Of a DNA stretch of 64,000 bases, positions 1 to 9,596 are shown piece after piece (the stretch's first letter is position 1; each line of letters starts with the position of its first letter). A program made the position numbers and the translations under genes. A model generated the notes under the pieces. It had not been told where the DNA came from. It saw only the letters and a list, made by a program, of their open reading frames with translations, and made no database searches. The stretch comes from Halorutilales archaeon Cl-col2-1 (GTDB lineage: Archaea; Halobacteriota; Halobacteria; Halobacteriales; Afararchaeaceae), in the NCBI GenBank assembly GCA_041891055.1, contig CP169074.1, forward strand, positions 64,001 through 128,000. The letters run 5' to 3'.

Positions 1-22
1 CCCGCCGACGCCTAAGACTTTC

Positions 23-742
23 ATGGACACCGTCTCGGAGATACTCGAGGTTGGCGGCGACGCCGACGAAACCGCACTCCGATCACCCCCCGTCGAATCG
101 TACTCGTGGGACACCTTCACGGCGACCGTGCGTAAGACCGCGAACCTCGCCTCAGGTCTGGGTCTGAGACGCGGTGACACCATCACAGTCTCCGACCACG
201 ATACCCCAGAGTCCCTCTTTTTCTTTCTCGGTGCGTCTCTCATAGGTGCTCAGACAGTCTTCGGAGATGGAGACGAAGACGCTACCCTCACCGTAACTCC
301 GTGCTCAGAGACTAAAGACGTATCTGCGACGCGTCTGTGTTACGGCGAGAAGCCTGACGACCCTGGGGTTACGCATTACGAGAGAGAGATCTGGGGGGAG
401 AGTCCCCTCTTTCCCTCCGACAGACTCAGCCAACCCGACGACACCGTACTCCTCTCGGGTTCACGCCGGTACACACAGGAAGAACTTGTGACTGCGGCGG
501 AGGAGGTCGCCGACGACTACGGAATAGCTGAGTACGACGAGGCTGTAACCGGTTCGGTATCGACACCCGAGACACTCGTAGCCGGGATTCTCGCGCCTCT
601 GATCTCACGTACTACGGTGTCTCTCCCTGGGGATGGGAGCCGAGACTCCGACACAGACACCGACACTGATTCGGATGCTGTTCTACTCCGCCGAGGCGAC
701 ACACAGAGAACTCTCGGGATCGAGTCGGTCTCTATAAAATAA
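23..742 (+). CDS. Hypothetical protein resembling the N-terminal AMP-binding/acyl-CoA synthetase-like domain (TIGR03089-like)
   Basis: 239 aa; YSWDTF..TVRKTANLASGLGLRRGDTI and FFFLGASLIGA resemble adenylation-domain N-termini; no full AMP-binding motif. Confidence 0.5.
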   Translation: MDTVSEILEVGGDADETALRSPPVESYSWDTFTATVRKTANLASGLGLRRGDTITVSDHDTPESLFFFLGASLIGAQTVFGDGDEDATLTVTPCSETKDVSATRLCYGEKPDDPGVTHYEREIWGESPLFPSDRLSQPDDTVLLSGSRRYTQEELVTAAEEVADDYGIAEYDEAVTGSVSTPETLVAGILAPLISRTTVSLPGDGSRDSDTDTDTDSDAVLLRRGDTQRTLGIESVSIK

Positions 743-765
743 AAGAAGCTGTCTGTTACTCTACT

Positions 766-978
766 CTATTCGTTGTCGCTCGTCGCTACGCGTCTCACGT
801 CGATAGCTCTTGGACCTTCTTCTGCCTCCTCAATCTCGAACTCGACTACGTCATCTTCGTCAATCTCGGCACCTAGAACCTCCGTGATATGGAAAAACAC
901 GTCCTCGTCGCCGTCCTCACGCTCTATAAATCCGTAACTCTTCTCGTTGTGGAAGAATTTTACAGTACCTTCTGCCAT
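766..978 (-). CDS. Cold-shock domain protein
   Basis: MAEGTVKFF..SYGFI (RNP1)..DVFFH (RNP2)..GPRAIDV; start reassigned to the ATG at 978. Confidence 0.92.
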   Translation of the reverse strand: MAEGTVKFFHNEKSYGFIEREDGDEDVFFHITEVLGAEIDEDDVVEFEIEEAEEGPRAIDVRRVATSDNE

Positions 979-1079
979 TTGAGTTCTCCTTTGAGGTCTG
1001 TAGGTTCTTGGTCTTAAAAAGAATTCTGGTGGTCTTCCGTTTCCGTAAGTATAATCCGGGAACCTCCCCAACTCGGCGT

Positions 1080-1532
1080 ATGTCACTCATAGACAACGTG
1101 ATGGCGTCGCTTCACGTGATATTTGCCGCAGTCTGGATAGGAAGTGCCCTCTTCATGGCGGGGGTTGTTGTACCCGCCGCGCGCGACGGGAAGATGAGTG
1201 CTGAACTCGCGTCGCACGTCGCCGACAGGTTCTCTCTCGTCTCGATCGTCGGCTCCGCAGTCATGTTCGTGACGGGAGGACATATGGCTGGCACGATGTA
1301 TACCTTTGGTGCCCTCCTCAACACAGTCGGCGGCAACCTCGTTCTTACTATGGTCGTCCTCTGGTTCCTGATCTCGGGATTCCTACATATGGCGACGAAG
1401 AGGTTCAAGGACGGAGTCGACGAAGACAGGGTCAGGACACCGGCTAAGAACAGCTTAGTCTGGTACAGGATCTCGGCGGTTCTCGGATTCCTCCTTCTCG
1501 TGAACGGCGCGCTCCTCAGCTTCGTGTATTAG
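1080..1532 (+). CDS. CopD-like 4-TM membrane protein
   Basis: LHVIFAAVWIGSALF motif and four hydrophobic helices; ATG at 1080. Confidence 0.65.
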   Translation: MSLIDNVMASLHVIFAAVWIGSALFMAGVVVPAARDGKMSAELASHVADRFSLVSIVGSAVMFVTGGHMAGTMYTFGALLNTVGGNLVLTMVVLWFLISGFLHMATKRFKDGVDEDRVRTPAKNSLVWYRISAVLGFLLLVNGALLSFVY

Positions 1533-1535
1533 AGA

Positions 1536-2327
1536 TCAGTCACTCGTCCTTACGAGACGGTGTTCGATACCTTCTGACTGGAGCCTGTCTGTCAGACCTC
1601 CGGTTCTGTCCTCGACTACACAGACGACCGCCGAGACACCGTTGAGACATGCCTCGACGACTCCTTCCTCGACTCCGTACCGAATGTAGTCTTCGACCCC
1701 TGACTTTTCGAGTGCGACCTCGGCTTCGGTTCCGAGTCCGAATACGACATCGGCGTCGTTGGTTTCATTTCTGACGACGTCTGTCTCGACTTCTCGGCTT
1801 CCGCCGTCCTCGACCGAGGGAACCTGAAGGACTGTAACCGAACCCGGCTCCATCTCTATCAGACCCTCGAACTCGGTTATTCCGACGTCCTCGCCTTCTT
1901 CGGCGGCTGTGACGGCTACGGCAGTCGGAGAGTCGTCGCCGTCGGCGCGTGATACGTACATCCTCCCTTTCTCCATCTCTATGCTCACTCTGTCGCCCTC
2001 GTCTATCTCCTCCCTTGCAACAGCCGTCTCCACGAATACCTCCCCCATTACGTCACCCGTGACGTGTTCGAGGTAGTCGTCTAGCTCCTCAGCGTGCGAG
2101 AGTATTAGGTCAGCGCCTTCCTTAGTCACCGTGTACCTTCCGCGCGCGAGGTTCTCGACGAGACCCTCGTCGACGAGGTAATGCATGTGATCCGAGACAG
2201 CCTGCGGGGTTATACCTATGCTGTCGGCTATCTCCGTCTGGCTTATAGCGGGCTGGTTCTCCGCAATCTGAACGAGTATCTGGAACCTGGTTATCTCCCT
2301 CTTGTCGTTGAGAAGTCGGCTCTTCAT
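1536..2327 (-). CDS. Winged-HTH (MarR/Crp-like, COG1497-type) archaeal transcription regulator
   Basis: N-terminal SQTEIADSIGITPQAVSDHMHYLVDEGLV..GRYTVTKEG. Confidence 0.8.
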   Translation of the reverse strand: MKSRLLNDKREITRFQILVQIAENQPAISQTEIADSIGITPQAVSDHMHYLVDEGLVENLARGRYTVTKEGADLILSHAEELDDYLEHVTGDVMGEVFVETAVAREEIDEGDRVSIEMEKGRMYVSRADGDDSPTAVAVTAAEEGEDVGITEFEGLIEMEPGSVTVLQVPSVEDGGSREVETDVVRNETNDADVVFGLGTEAEVALEKSGVEDYIRYGVEEGVVEACLNGVSAVVCVVEDRTGGLTDRLQSEGIEHRLVRTSD

Positions 2328-2426
2328 TAACTGATCTTGGCGCGTATAGACGTGTTCGAGACTAATCTATCTTGCCAAGCCGTCCTCGACTAAAGATATA
2401 TTAAGCGTGAGCGTGATTAAGACGCC

Positions 2427-3479
2427 ATGGACTCTCCAACGAACAGGAGAAGGTTCCTCGCGTCTGTCGGTGTCTTAGCCTTGGCGGGCTGTGTTCAGGC
2501 AACGGATCAGCAGAACGGGAACCAGACTGATGGGGGCGGAGACTCCGAAAACGGCTCCGGAGGTGGTTCCGAAGGCGGAGACAGTGGTAACGACAACGCC
2601 GGAGACACGTCTCAGAACGAGACACAGAACGAGACGGCGAACGAGACTGCCGAGGTCGAGGAGGAGGTCGACTACGTCTCGGAGCCGAGAAGGGACAGAC
2701 GTGTGAGCTTAGTCCGTGACTCGGTAATGGTTCAACACGGTGGTGGGACAAGTGGCGATGTGATAGGTGAGGTCGAGAACACAGGGAACGTTCCCCTCAT
2801 GGGAAGCGACGTCGAGATCGTCGGAAACATGATCGACAACGACGGTATCGAGATACTGAGGGGTGAGACTAACCCGGAGGACGTCTATTTCGAGCCGGGC
2901 GAGACGTTACCCTTCAAGTTCACCGTGAGTGAGAAGTCGGGAGTCATCGACAGCCAGAGGATACGTGAGACCATAAAGGAACGTCTGGAAGCGGCGGAAC
3001 AGCTCTCGAAGTTCGGACAGAGAATCGCGGACAACCTACATCTCGAAGCCAACGTTGTGTCCAAGTCGGAGATAGACATACCAATACCTAGGAGACATTT
3101 CGGAGCTGACGTCCTTGAACTCCTCGAAGGCGAGATCGTCGAAGTCAATACGTCGGTTACTTCCGAGGGAAGTATACTCCCGGAGTTCGGGGAGCCCAAG
3201 TTCGAACTCCGTCTCAACAACCTCTCGGGAATGGAGATAAGGAACCTCGGCGTCATGATGATACTCAGGAAATCGGGGTCGACCCCCCACGTTGTCTCCT
3301 TCATAATTAACAGCTATACCATAGAAGCCGATAGCAGGGGTACTCAGAGGCGGGTGGAGGACGTCAACATGAACAGCGGCACGACTCTAAATAACGTCCC
3401 GGTCTCCGAGGTCGGCGACCCTGAGATACGTATAACTCTCTATGAGAACACCGAAATAGTAGCTGCGGACGCTGAATAG
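2427..3479 (+). CDS. Tat-exported lipoprotein with FxLYD-like Ig domain(s)
   Basis: NRRRFL twin-arginine motif, LAGC lipobox, G/S/N/E/T-rich linker, GEVENTG and EPGETLPF motifs. Confidence 0.7.
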   Translation: MDSPTNRRRFLASVGVLALAGCVQATDQQNGNQTDGGGDSENGSGGGSEGGDSGNDNAGDTSQNETQNETANETAEVEEEVDYVSEPRRDRRVSLVRDSVMVQHGGGTSGDVIGEVENTGNVPLMGSDVEIVGNMIDNDGIEILRGETNPEDVYFEPGETLPFKFTVSEKSGVIDSQRIRETIKERLEAAEQLSKFGQRIADNLHLEANVVSKSEIDIPIPRRHFGADVLELLEGEIVEVNTSVTSEGSILPEFGEPKFELRLNNLSGMEIRNLGVMMILRKSGSTPHVVSFIINSYTIEADSRGTQRRVEDVNMNSGTTLNNVPVSEVGDPEIRITLYENTEIVAADAE

Positions 3480-3489
3480 ACTGCCTACT

Positions 3490-3807
3490 CTACACTTCTT
3501 CTAGGTGCTCTATTCCCTTCTTGCTCACGTTCGCCTCTGTGATCTCGTCGGGCATCCAGTCGGGCTTGTTCTCGGGGGCTTCCTCCTCCCAAGACCACGC
3601 GTCGTATATGTGTACCTTGTCGGTACCCTTCTCACGCAGACGTATCTCAGTCGCGTTGTCCTTTGCGTCTTCCTCCGACCCATAGACGTCGTCGAGCCTT
3701 CTTGCGGCTTTGAGCGCAGCCTGTCTAGGCGTGTTGCCGCTGAAAACGCTTGTCTCTTGACCGTCCTCTCTTAGTGCGAAGTTTCTTTTACCGTCTTCTC
3801 TTACCAT
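3490..3807 (-). CDS. Non-histone chromosomal protein MC1
   Basis: KRNFALR..VFSGNTPRQAALKAARR..IRLREKGTDKVHIY..PDWMP signature. Confidence 0.93.
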   Translation of the reverse strand: MVREDGKRNFALREDGQETSVFSGNTPRQAALKAARRLDDVYGSEEDAKDNATEIRLREKGTDKVHIYDAWSWEEEAPENKPDWMPDEITEANVSKKGIEHLEEV

Positions 3808-3937
3808 TTTTGGCACACCGTATGGGGAAGTCTATTCCGTACTGTAATATTAAATTAACGGCGGTCTGCATCTATTTCGCCGAAAGATACTTAAGACAAG
3901 ATAGAAGGAGGGGGCGAAACAGACCCAACCGCGCGGA

Positions 3938-5149
3938 TCACGTCGTCGTTATGATATCGTCGACGACGTCATTGACTCCCATCGCTATTCCCTCGACCTC
4001 TATGCCGCCTTTACCCTTCGCGGCGTCGCCCACTACGTAGACGTCGTCGATCGGCGTCTCAGTTCCCGCCTTGTAGCCGTTCGCAACTCGGTTGACGGGC
4101 CAGTCTCCCTTGTAGCCCTGTGACAGGAGTATCTCGTAGTCGGCGTCGGGGAAGATATCTTCGAGGTCTGACTTCGCCTTACGTATCGCTTCGCCTGCCG
4201 TCTCTTCGTCGGGGTTCCAGCTCATATGTGCCTCCGTGAGATGTTTGCCGTCGGGCGCAAGGCTCGGGTCGGCGTGTGTGACCTCGTTTATGCCGTCTAT
4301 CCTCTCGGCGTCGGGAGCGAAGAGTATCCCGTTGTAACCCAGGAGAGGCTCGTCGACTCCTAAGCTCATCTTTATTCCCGGCGACGGCGGGCGACTCTCC
4401 GCTTCTTCGAGGTAGTCGTCGTCCCCCATCAGACGCGCTGTGATACGGTGTCCTGCGTTCGAGATTACGTAGTCGGCTTCGACCGTCTCGCCGTCGACTG
4501 TGATCTCGCCCTCGTCTATCGCCTCGACCTCGTGTCTCGTATGTATCTCGCCACCCTCCGACTCCACGACGTCGGCGAGTGCGTCGACGACTCCCGAACA
4601 GCCGCCCTTCGGAACCCCGGGCATCCCGTACTTCTTAGTGTTCTTCATTATGGCGTAGATCTCGTCGACGGGCATCTCCTCCGCCGTCAGAGAACATGAC
4701 CAGCCACAGAAGGCGTCGGCTACGTCACGCATCTCACCGCTCGTGATGTCGTCGAGATTCCTCCCTCTCATGAGACCGTACCACGCTCTGAGATACCACA
4801 GGGCGTTCTTGACGAGACCGTACTTGCCGAATACGTACTCGTTCATGGGGACGTCGTCGCGGTCGTCCTCGAAACGTATCTTAGCCGCGGGATCGCATTC
4901 GACTATTTCGACGTCCGCGCCTACGTCGTCGAGTATCCTTCCGAGAGGACCCGTGGCTCCATGAGGGATCATATGGAGCGCCCCGCTCGTAAGCTCGTAG
5001 CCCTCGTACTCGAGGTTGCGGAAACGTCCTCCTATCTCGTAGTTCTTCTCGAAGACCTCGACCTCGAAGCCCTCCCTCGCGAGCTTAGCGCCCGCTGAGA
5101 GACCTCCGATCCCCGCGCCGACGACGACGGCTCTGGGTTTCGTAGCCAT
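3938..5149 (-). CDS. FAD-dependent oxidoreductase, archaeal phytoene-desaturase-like family
   Basis: GAGIGG dinucleotide fold, EK..IGGR, GALHMIPHG..GPL, C-terminal YVVGDAAKG.GG.EVEG. Confidence 0.8.
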   Translation of the reverse strand: MATKPRAVVVGAGIGGLSAGAKLAREGFEVEVFEKNYEIGGRFRNLEYEGYELTSGALHMIPHGATGPLGRILDDVGADVEIVECDPAAKIRFEDDRDDVPMNEYVFGKYGLVKNALWYLRAWYGLMRGRNLDDITSGEMRDVADAFCGWSCSLTAEEMPVDEIYAIMKNTKKYGMPGVPKGGCSGVVDALADVVESEGGEIHTRHEVEAIDEGEITVDGETVEADYVISNAGHRITARLMGDDDYLEEAESRPPSPGIKMSLGVDEPLLGYNGILFAPDAERIDGINEVTHADPSLAPDGKHLTEAHMSWNPDEETAGEAIRKAKSDLEDIFPDADYEILLSQGYKGDWPVNRVANGYKAGTETPIDDVYVVGDAAKGKGGIEVEGIAMGVNDVVDDIITTT

Positions 5150-5160
5150 TAATTCGTTAC

Positions 5161-6198
5161 TTACAGGATTCTCTCGGCTATGACCTCAGCGTTGAGTAGG
5201 CTCGCTCCTGCCGCGCCTCTTACCGTGTTGTGTGCGAGACACGAGTACTTTGTTCCCTTCGTGTCGTCACGTACTCTTCCGACACTCACCGACATTCCGT
5301 TCCCCGCGTTCCTGTCGAGTCTCGGCTGTGGTCTGTCGGGCTCGTCGTGGACTATGATCGTCTGGTCGGGAGCCGTCGGGAGATCGAGAGTGTTGAAGCT
5401 ACGGAATGCCTCCTTTAGCTCGTCGACTGTTGGATCTTCGTCTAGCTCGCCCCAGACGTTTTCGAGATGTCCGTCGAATGTAGCGACGCGGTTACACGAA
5501 GCCGAGATGTCGATCTCAGCCTCGTCTATCTCGGAGCCGTTGAACTCGCCGAGTATCTTGAGGGGCTCTGTCTCTATCTTCTTCTCCTCGTTGCTTATGT
5601 AGGGGATGACGTTGTCGAGTATCTCCATGCTACTGACTCCCGAGTACCCGGCTCCGCTGACCGCCTGGAGCGTCGCGACGACGACACGTGAGAGACCGAA
5701 CTCACGCAGAGCGGCTATCGTCGGCGTCATCGTGATCGCAGAACAGTTGGGGTTTTTGACTATGCCGCCGTCCCAGCCTCTCTCGTCGGACTGAACTTCG
5801 AGGAGGTCAAGATGGTCGGCATTTATCTCGGGTATAACGAGGGGTATGTCGTCTTCCATACGTGCCCATCCCGCGTTCGACGCCACTATGTATCCCTCAT
5901 CTGCGAAGGCGGGCTCGACCTCCTGTGCCGCCGACGACGGAAGCGCGCTGAAGACTATATCGACGTCGTCGTCGACATCGTCGGGCTGCGTCACTCCTAC
6001 CTCCAACTCCTTAGCCATCTCGGGGAGACGTGAGTCGAGTCTCCAGTCGACTACCTCCTCGTAGGTCTTTCCTGCGGAAGACTCGCTCGCTGTGACCGAC
6101 GCTAGCTCGAACCACGGGTGGTCGTCGAGAAGCTGTATGAAACGCTGTCCCACGTTTCCGGTTGCTCCTAGGACTCCGACTTTCGTGTTGTTAGTCAT
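5161..6198 (-). CDS. asd: Aspartate-semialdehyde dehydrogenase
   Basis: GATGNVGQRF, catalytic NPNCS, QAVSGAG, HNTVRGAAG. Confidence 0.96.
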   Translation of the reverse strand: MTNNTKVGVLGATGNVGQRFIQLLDDHPWFELASVTASESSAGKTYEEVVDWRLDSRLPEMAKELEVGVTQPDDVDDDVDIVFSALPSSAAQEVEPAFADEGYIVASNAGWARMEDDIPLVIPEINADHLDLLEVQSDERGWDGGIVKNPNCSAITMTPTIAALREFGLSRVVVATLQAVSGAGYSGVSSMEILDNVIPYISNEEKKIETEPLKILGEFNGSEIDEAEIDISASCNRVATFDGHLENVWGELDEDPTVDELKEAFRSFNTLDLPTAPDQTIIVHDEPDRPQPRLDRNAGNGMSVSVGRVRDDTKGTKYSCLAHNTVRGAAGASLLNAEVIAERIL

Positions 6199-6234
6199 GT
6201 ATCTGGTGGAGAACTCCCAAAGCCTAAACCTTTT

Positions 6235-6531
6235 CTATGTTTCGACTCCGAGGAGAAGAGCGGCTATCCTGTGTAGAAAGACGCCGGTTATTACGACTAC
6301 GATAGCGACCCTGTGGTTCACTGCGAGTAAAGACCATCCGAGGCTGAAGACCGAAGATACGAATAGACGGCTCGTCTCGTTCCTCGAAGCTTCTTTCCAC
6401 TCGTCTGCTGACTCGGACTCCGAAGATCCTCTCCGGGCTATCCAGAGCCAGTATACCCTGTGTACGACACCCAAGAAAGGAACGTAGTCCACCAGACTGC
6501 TTCTTCCCCAGTCCCTCTTAGACTTCTCCAT
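6235..6531 (-). CDS. Small hypothetical membrane protein
   Basis: ATG at 6531 just downstream of the DUF555 gene; hydrophobic C-terminal segments. Confidence 0.45.
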   Translation of the reverse strand: MEKSKRDWGRSSLVDYVPFLGVVHRVYWLWIARRGSSESESADEWKEASRNETSRLFVSSVFSLGWSLLAVNHRVAIVVVITGVFLHRIAALLLGVET

Positions 6532-6544
6532 TCCGGCTGCTGAG

Positions 6545-6973
6545 TTACTCTTCGAGTATGTCGTCAAGACCCGGAAGATCGCCTTCCTCTCCCTCACTTG
6601 TCTCGGCTCCGGCTTCGACTTCTTCGACTTCCTCTTCTTCTATCTCCTCGACCTCAGTGACCTTGAGTGGTATGTCGGAGAGCTTCTGACCTATCTCCTT
6701 ACGAGCGACTCGTGAGGCGTGTTCCTCGCTCTCGACGTTGAACACCTTCATCTCAAGCTCGAGAGCCACGAGACCCTCATCTGCGGCTATGAAAGCGGGG
6801 TCTTGTTCGGCTCCACACTCCTCACACTCCCTGTCGCCTACGTTGATCTCGACGTAGTTGAGGTCGGGATTGAGCATGTCTCCGACCTTGCTTATCGCAA
6901 TCCTGACTGCCTCGTCGCTTGTCTCTACGTCGTAAACCGGTACTGCTGCTTCAACGACTACTTTGTAGTTCAT
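6545..6973 (-). CDS. DUF555/UPF0212 family protein
   Basis: YKVVVEAAVPVYDVE..DEAVRIAISK..LNPDLNYVEI..CxxC..HASRVA. Confidence 0.85.
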   Translation of the reverse strand: MNYKVVVEAAVPVYDVETSDEAVRIAISKVGDMLNPDLNYVEINVGDRECEECGAEQDPAFIAADEGLVALELEMKVFNVESEEHASRVARKEIGQKLSDIPLKVTEVEEIEEEEVEEVEAGAETSEGEEGDLPGLDDILEE

Positions 6974-7090
6974 GGTTTTACCTTCTCTCCTGCGTCTGCA
7001 ACATCTGAACGCCTTTACTGCGGCGTGTTATTTATATTCCTTAGTAGAACCTCAAAAATCTTCCGCTGTTTTGGGTAGGTCAACGAAGCC

Positions 7091-7098
7091 TTTAATAA
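7091..7098 (+). promoter_or_regulatory. TATA box of a probably leaderless tfe operon
   Basis: TTTAATAA 24-31 nt upstream of the ATG at 7122. Confidence 0.55.
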
Positions 7099-7121
7099 GT
7101 TCACAGACTCGGTTTAACCCA

Positions 7122-7655
7122 ATGACGGATTTCGAGGATCTACTCTCGAACGAGGTAGTACAGGCATATCTCCAGAAGCTTGTGGGGTCGGAGGGTATGC
7201 CTGTCGCGATGAACCCCGCCGAGGAGGAGATCACTGACGAGGATCTCGCCGAGGAACTCGACATGGAGCTAAACATAGTGAGGAGGACACTCTTCATACT
7301 CTACGAGAACGACCTCGCGTCTTACAGACGTCTCCGTGACGAGGAGACGGGCTGGCTCACGTATCTCTGGACCTTCGAGTACGACGAGATACACGACAAC
7401 CTCAAAGATGAGATGGAGAAGCTCTACGAGAGTCTCGACGAGAGGTACGAGTACGAGCGCCAGCATCAGTTCTACATCTGTGAGGTCTGTGGAATACGTT
7501 TCGAGTTCGAGGAGGCTATGGAGCTCGACTTCAACTGCCCCGAGTGTGGATCTCCGCTCGAATCGATGGACAACGACGACCTCCTTGGCGCTCTCGAGTC
7601 GAGGATGGAGAGCATAGAGGAAGAGCTTAATCTCAAGACTCCTCAGTCCCAGTAA
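7122..7655 (+). CDS. tfe: Transcription factor E (TFE alpha)
   Basis: wHTH TDEDLAEEL..VRRTLFILYE..GWLTYLW plus zinc ribbon CEVC..FNCPECG; ATG at 7122. Confidence 0.95.
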   Translation: MTDFEDLLSNEVVQAYLQKLVGSEGMPVAMNPAEEEITDEDLAEELDMELNIVRRTLFILYENDLASYRRLRDEETGWLTYLWTFEYDEIHDNLKDEMEKLYESLDERYEYERQHQFYICEVCGIRFEFEEAMELDFNCPECGSPLESMDNDDLLGALESRMESIEEELNLKTPQSQ

Positions 7656-8332
7656 TGAAGAAGGTTCTCAACTCGAAGATCTACGTAGAGGGAGACGCCC
7701 GCGGCAGGGCACTCGACGGCGCGGAAGCCGTCATAAGAGACAGGCTCGAAGGACTCGACGTCGAGTACGAGGTACGTCTGAGGGAAGATGACAGAATAGA
7801 GGTCGAAGGGATCGGAGAAGACATAGAGATGGCTCTCAGCCTACTCGCCGACGAGTTCGGTGAGTTCGAGACCGATCCCGAGAAGGGCGAGACCTACGTC
7901 GGAACCTTGGAGTCGTGGGACGAGGACGGCTTCACAGTCGACATAGGACGCGAAGTTCTCGTGCCCGCGGAGTCTCTCGATGCCTTAGGCGCAGGAACCC
8001 CGTCACAGATACGTGAGAGGTACGGCTTAGTCCAGCACACCCCCTTAGAGGTCGTCTGGGAAGACACTCCGCACCTCTCCGACGACCAGGCTGACGAGCT
8101 CTGGGACTGGCAGAAGGGGAACGGACGTATCAATGTCAACTCGTCGACGCGCGGAGAGGTCAGGGCTACTGTCAACAGGGCTGGACACGCCCAGGACATA
8201 GTCACAGTCGAACGTCTCGGCTTCTTAGAACAGAGCATAATCTGTAAGCAGGACACAGACCCGCCGGGTCTCTTGGCGGAGATAGGCAAGTACATACAGG
8301 GTGAGATGAAGTGCGTCGTGGCGTCGTCTTAG
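7655..8332 (+). CDS. DUF2110 family protein
   Basis: Conserved neighbour of tfe; TAATG coupling; VERLGFLEQSIICK..TDPPGLLAEIG. Confidence 0.8.
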   Translation: MKKVLNSKIYVEGDARGRALDGAEAVIRDRLEGLDVEYEVRLREDDRIEVEGIGEDIEMALSLLADEFGEFETDPEKGETYVGTLESWDEDGFTVDIGREVLVPAESLDALGAGTPSQIRERYGLVQHTPLEVVWEDTPHLSDDQADELWDWQKGNGRINVNSSTRGEVRATVNRAGHAQDIVTVERLGFLEQSIICKQDTDPPGLLAEIGKYIQGEMKCVVASS

Positions 8333-9003
8333 CCGCAGTCGTCGCGTTAGTAGTGATCTCGGGATGTATGGGATCGCCGGGGGAAGAGTCGGCGGAGTAC
8401 GACTGGGAAACCCCTGACGGTGTCGACGTCTACTACGACCTCAACTCCAACAACTACACCGCCGTTATCGACGTGAGTAACGTCGAGGGCGAGACTTTAG
8501 AGCTTTCACAGGAGGACTCATTCGGAGGACGTATACCCGTGCGCGCTACGACTGTGCGTTTCCGGTACCCCAACTCGACAGTTATAAATGCCTCCGTCGA
8601 GACCGAGTCGGAGAAGGCAGTCGTAGACCTACCATCGAACACGGGAAAGCTCGCGTACACGTCGCCTATGAGATCTAACTCGTTCGCGCGTGAGGTACCC
8701 GTGCCAATAGACGGCGATGTCGTAGTCGTCCTCCCCGAGGGCAAGGACGCCAGGAACAGGATACTCGGCGGAATATCGCCGAGTGGCTACGAGGTAGTCT
8801 CCGAGTCGCCTCTGACACTCAGATGGGACGTCAAGGGCTTAGAAGAGGGCGATACCGTTGACATCAGCTTCTACGACAGGGGTAACTCACGTCTCCTACT
8901 CTACCTCGTAGGAGGACTCATAGCCGGCGCAGTCGGCGTCTTAATCTACTTCAGACAGCGTCTCATCGATCTGCGTGAGAAGAGGAAGAAGTACGAGTAC
9001 TAG
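8311..9003 (+). CDS. DUF5803-like membrane-anchored lipoprotein
   Basis: ISGC lipobox, VVLPEG..RN.ILGGISPSGY, C-terminal TM helix plus basic tail. Confidence 0.7.
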   Translation: MRRGVVLAAVVALVVISGCMGSPGEESAEYDWETPDGVDVYYDLNSNNYTAVIDVSNVEGETLELSQEDSFGGRIPVRATTVRFRYPNSTVINASVETESEKAVVDLPSNTGKLAYTSPMRSNSFAREVPVPIDGDVVVVLPEGKDARNRILGGISPSGYEVVSESPLTLRWDVKGLEEGDTVDISFYDRGNSRLLLYLVGGLIAGAVGVLIYFRQRLIDLREKRKKYEY

Positions 9004-9476
9004 TCCTTCTCAAGCTCGACGAACTCAAGTGACCTACCGTGTTCACAGTCGATGTCGGAGCCTCCGGCTGTCTCCTTTATAGTGTAGTCCTCTCCGAAGT
9101 CGAGACCGTCAGGGACGCAGTACTTGTAGCCCTTGCACTCCTTCTTGTCACACGTCTCCTCGTCTATCGATACCGTCGATCCCTCGAACGCCTTCTTCGA
9201 GTCGACCTGTGCTAAGACGGGAGACTCAGTGACTTCGACCGCACGCACGCTTCCTCCGGCGTGGACTCCACAGTCGAGATCCTGACCTCCCTCACGGACG
9301 TCGACGATCCGGTAACGGACGCCCTCTTCGAGGCTGAGACACGTAGAGCTGTGAGGACAGTCGTCACAGCCCTCGGCACCGCCCTCGAATATGAACTCGT
9401 TCCCCACCTCCGCTAGCTTCTTTCCTATCAGAGTAATCTGTGTGTTCTGATGTGTTGATGTTGAGTCTGTGGACAT
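9000..9476 (-). CDS. UPF0179 family protein
   Basis: ITLIGKKLAEVGNEFIF, Cys-rich CxxC..C, C..H motifs. Confidence 0.85.
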   Translation of the reverse strand: MSTDSTSTHQNTQITLIGKKLAEVGNEFIFEGGAEGCDDCPHSSTCLSLEEGVRYRIVDVREGGQDLDCGVHAGGSVRAVEVTESPVLAQVDSKKAFEGSTVSIDEETCDKKECKGYKYCVPDGLDFGEDYTIKETAGGSDIDCEHGRSLEFVELEKD

Positions 9477-9596
9477 ATCCGTATATGTTCTATCTATCTT
9501 GATATGCCTTCCGTCAGACGCCCGATCCGTACTCTTCCCCAAAACCACCGAAACGAGACGTTAGTCTTAAATCCCGGACGTGTGTCTCTTGAAAAG

